NCBI RefSeq assembly: GCF_023055435.1
Contig: NW_025964223.1
Span: 42,098,001 to 42,162,000 of the forward strand
Length of the DNA stretch: 64,000 bases
Direction of reading: 5' to 3'
Source: Haliotis rufescens
Taxonomy: Eukaryota
In this document: positions 61,228 through 64,000 of the stretch, one piece after another
How positions within the stretch are numbered: the first letter of the stretch is position 1
How the letters are laid out: the number at the start of each line of letters is the position of its first letter
The notes under the pieces: generated by a model
Database searches by the model: none
Told to the model about the DNA's origin: nothing
Seen by the model: the letters and a program-made list of their open reading frames with translations, nothing else
Made by a program: the position numbers and the translations under genes

Positions 61228-62330
61228 ATTTCTCCCATGCAGCTGATGCCGTATCTGGGTCTGTTCTATCACCCAAAGGTATGATAACTGATGCAACAAG
61301 GTTGATGTCTGCGCCCTCACGTTGGCGGTCCTAACGTTCTGTTTCAAGAACGTGATCTTCAGCTTTTTGCTGTTCCTCTGGTGTGATTCTAGCTAAGGCT
61401 GCGTTGTGTTATGTCTTGCCACGAACCCTTCACAGTTAGCTCAGATAAGCTCAAAAGGGATGAGCTCACAATGCATGACTGGCGTACGTGATACAACGTG
61501 GCCTTGCTGTGTCGCTGTCTTGAACTTTACTGGTTTCTTATTCAGGCGAATTTTCTCCAAGAGTTGAACTTACGTTTTATAAGGCCTGAAGTCGAAATTG
61601 CAGATATTCTTGTATTGTCGTCTACAGACTACTCATGGTTGGCGTGACAGTATCTGCTTCCCGGATGGCGTTATCCATGACAATGAATCTGGGGTTGTTT
61701 TTATTGGCAGTAACTGATGTCACAACCAGTCTATGAACACATCCCCGTTCATTTCCTTGTGATAATCACCAGTTTTCTTTTTCCGCCTCGAAAACTAGCC
61801 CACATCCATCAATCAACCCAAGATCACGGGTTTTGGCGTGCATGACAATGATACGATTACCTTTAACTGATGGGTGTCAGCGTGTTTTTCGTCCATCTGG
61901 TTGTAGCCACATGTAGTCAGGGGAATGATTCTTTTTCACCCAGGCTTCATCAAGTTAAATGATCTAGACCTGAAAGCCCTGACTGCAATAGTCATGAATT
62001 GTGCGGAGATGATGTGAATATTTTTTCACCTGAAACGGCCCTGTTCTCGCGTTCACTGTATCGAGTTCTCATCTCGTGGAGAACATCAATTAGTGTAGTC
62101 CGGCAAACATTAATTGTGTCTTTAATTTCCACCCGAAGGGGGTACCTTCTGCCCATAAAGCTTGCCGGTTTCGAATGGGAAGTGACTGGCCCTGAGCAGC
62201 AAACCGAAATCCTTCGGTTTCACTTTTCAGGCCTGCCGACTTCATCCAAAGGAAGAACTGTGCAGAGTTTCTGATCTTCATAACACTGCACATTAACTCG
62301 ATGCAGTGGTGGTTCTGAAAGCCCCTCCCA
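61228..62330 (-). mobile_element. IS630-Tc1-mariner transposase pseudogene with long D-E spacing (DD82E/Sailor-like)
   Basis: Manual translation across frameshifts gives LDEAWVKKNHSPDYMW, KGNRIIVMHA..GLIDGCGLVF, GDYHKEMNGDVFIDW, FIVMDNA and QGHVVSRTPVMHCELIPFELI; about 74 codons remain between the second D and the E. Confidence 0.75.
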
Positions 62331-62399
62331 GAAAAACTGCGAAATAAACATTGACATTGAGATTATACCCATATACTTGGCTCGTTTAAGAAACTGTGG

Positions 62400-62952
62400 A
62401 ATGCCTTGTTTTCATCATGAGTCTTGACATGCTTCACAAGAGGGTCATCAGGAAAATAAATATGTGCAAAAAGTGCACAATACAATTCTATCATGAAGAT
62501 TAACCAAACCACGCCCTTCCATTATAAGTGGTAAATATCAGTGATTGAGAGAAGTGCGATGGTGATGGGATCTATTGTCTGACATGATTCTCTGTGTACG
62601 AATACGAAAGGACGGGTACAGCATACATATATGTGGCTTTATCTTTGTTGTGAGGGTGAACTCCAATTTTTCATCAATCTACATTTGTATTCTGCCCGAA
62701 GTTTGTCTTTTGATATAGGCATTCTGGAGTTTGTGTTTAACCTTCATCCCTAAGTACGTATAAGCCTGATCTTCCACGAGATGACCAATAACTCCTTGCC
62801 CAAGTAAACTCTCTCTCCTACCCTGCCACGTTTCTGATGAAGAATGTTACATTTGTCAAGCCCAAAAGACATGCCAATATATTAAGAACTCGACAATGGG
62901 AATATTTTTAGTGTGGATTCGTCTTTGGCAATGTGTTCAAGGTCATCCATTG

Positions 62953-62987
<35 letters not shown>

Positions 62988-63139
62988 AGTATGGTTTTAC
63001 GCCGCTTATAGCAATATTCCAGCAATATCCAGCAATATCACGGCTTCACACATTGTACCCATGTCGGGAATCGAACCCGGGTCTTCGGCGTGACGAGCGA
63101 ACGCTTTAGCCACTAGGCTACCCGACTGCCCCAGTAGTT

Positions 63140-63173
<34 letters not shown>

Positions 63174-63300
63174 AACGGAGTCACATGCGCATATTTGTAT
63201 AATCCATTTCAGACTTCCCTCGTTGGACTTAACAATTGTTGTTTTCGGTCGAATTTATCTCCTGTAAAATTGTCGATAGGACTCATTGTGACTGAAGTAC
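62400..63300 (-). mobile_element. R4/Dong-like non-LTR retrotransposon RT relic, split by (GTA)n and a SINE
   Basis: MDDLEHIAKDESTL (YMDD-type motif at 62950), YIGMSFGLDKC, KDKLRAEYKCRL, YAVPVLSY, DDPLVKHVKTHDENK. Confidence 0.65.
62984..63132 (-). mobile_element. SINE family C inside a (GTA)n microsatellite
   Basis: (GTA)n tracts on both sides (62954-62985 and 63133-63173). Confidence 0.85.
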
Positions 63301-63429
63301 TTCATACCTCAGTTAGGTACATGTAGATCGGTTATACTTGATATTCCCCGAGATGTTAGAAGATGTCGCTTGTTGTTCCTCTGCATTGCCATCGGTATTA
63401 AGGACATAGGCGTTGGGTGTTAAGGGCAT

Positions 63430-63690
63430 AAAACAAGGACTGGTCAGCTCGGAGTCAGTATAATGTATTTGAGAAGAGAGTCCATGTCAAACAGCCTCTT
63501 TGTGTTGCAGTGGACAAGCACTATGAAACAGACACATGCCCGGACTAGTACAAGCATCCGCACACACATACACACACACACATGCACGCACGCACGCACG
63601 CACGCACGCACACATACGCACACGTGCATGCATGCATGTTGCTAAGTGAAATCATTTTGAAAGCGGAATTAAATCCACCTCACCTCACCA
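63430..63690 (+). mobile_element. SINE family D 3' part with expanded CA/CGCA repeat
   Basis: AAAACAAGGACTGGTCAGCTCGGAGTCAGTAT...CACCTCACCTCACC. Confidence 0.7.
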
Positions 63691-63796
63691 ACTACAGTGA
63701 AATAGACAAGGCACGTTCACCCAGCTTTTAATACATAATTTTACGTATGCTTCACGATTTGCACGATCGACAAACAGAAATCCTCTGTTCAACAAA

Positions 63797-63983
63797 GTGA
63801 ATGAGTGAGTTTGGTTTAACGCCGCTTTTAACAGTATTCCAGTTATATCACGGCGTGTCAGCTAAATGTGCGAGGAAATCCCGAAGTGATGCAGGTCTCA
63901 GACGTTTACTACTTCGGAGGACGGGTATGGTGCTGACAAACCTAGAAAAATAATCGGGGCGAACCGGGATTCGAACCCACAAT
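63797..63983 (-). mobile_element. SINE family A, 5'-truncated
   Basis: Tail and body match. Confidence 0.82.
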
Positions 63984-64000
63984 TATATGTTTGATATGCC

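Overview
Eukaryotic (animal) genomic DNA, AT-rich, with spliceosomal introns. The repeat types suggest a mollusc, possibly an abalone-like gastropod; the taxon is inference only. Supported genes: (1) a 3-exon minus-strand gene for a 325-aa protein with two CBM20 glycogen/starch-binding domains and a C-terminal hydrophobic tail, preceded by a perfect CLEAR box and three perfect CRE sites; (2) a complete 7-exon mitochondrial tryptophanyl-tRNA synthetase (WARS2, 370 aa, HIGN and KMSKS motifs); (3) a 5-exon secreted protein of about 700 aa with an IgGFc-binding N-terminal domain and a ZP module; (4) three single-ORF orphan genes (23979-24878 +, 46264-47406 -, 53052-54449 +) that share an N-terminal VF..E..A...N.....L motif and a C-terminal Q.[KR]V.[DE][FY] motif, plus two decayed paralogs of the middle one. 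The rest is a dense repeat landscape: four short retroposon families with related 3' tails, a TIR-bounded Tc1 element, relics of Tc1, DD82E/Sailor-like, Crypton-like, Penelope-like and R4/Dong-like elements, MITEs, a 100-bp intronic satellite that appears SINE-derived, a 33-bp minisatellite carrying long ORFs, and microsatellites. All exon models were assembled by eye from GT/AG sites and phase compatibility.
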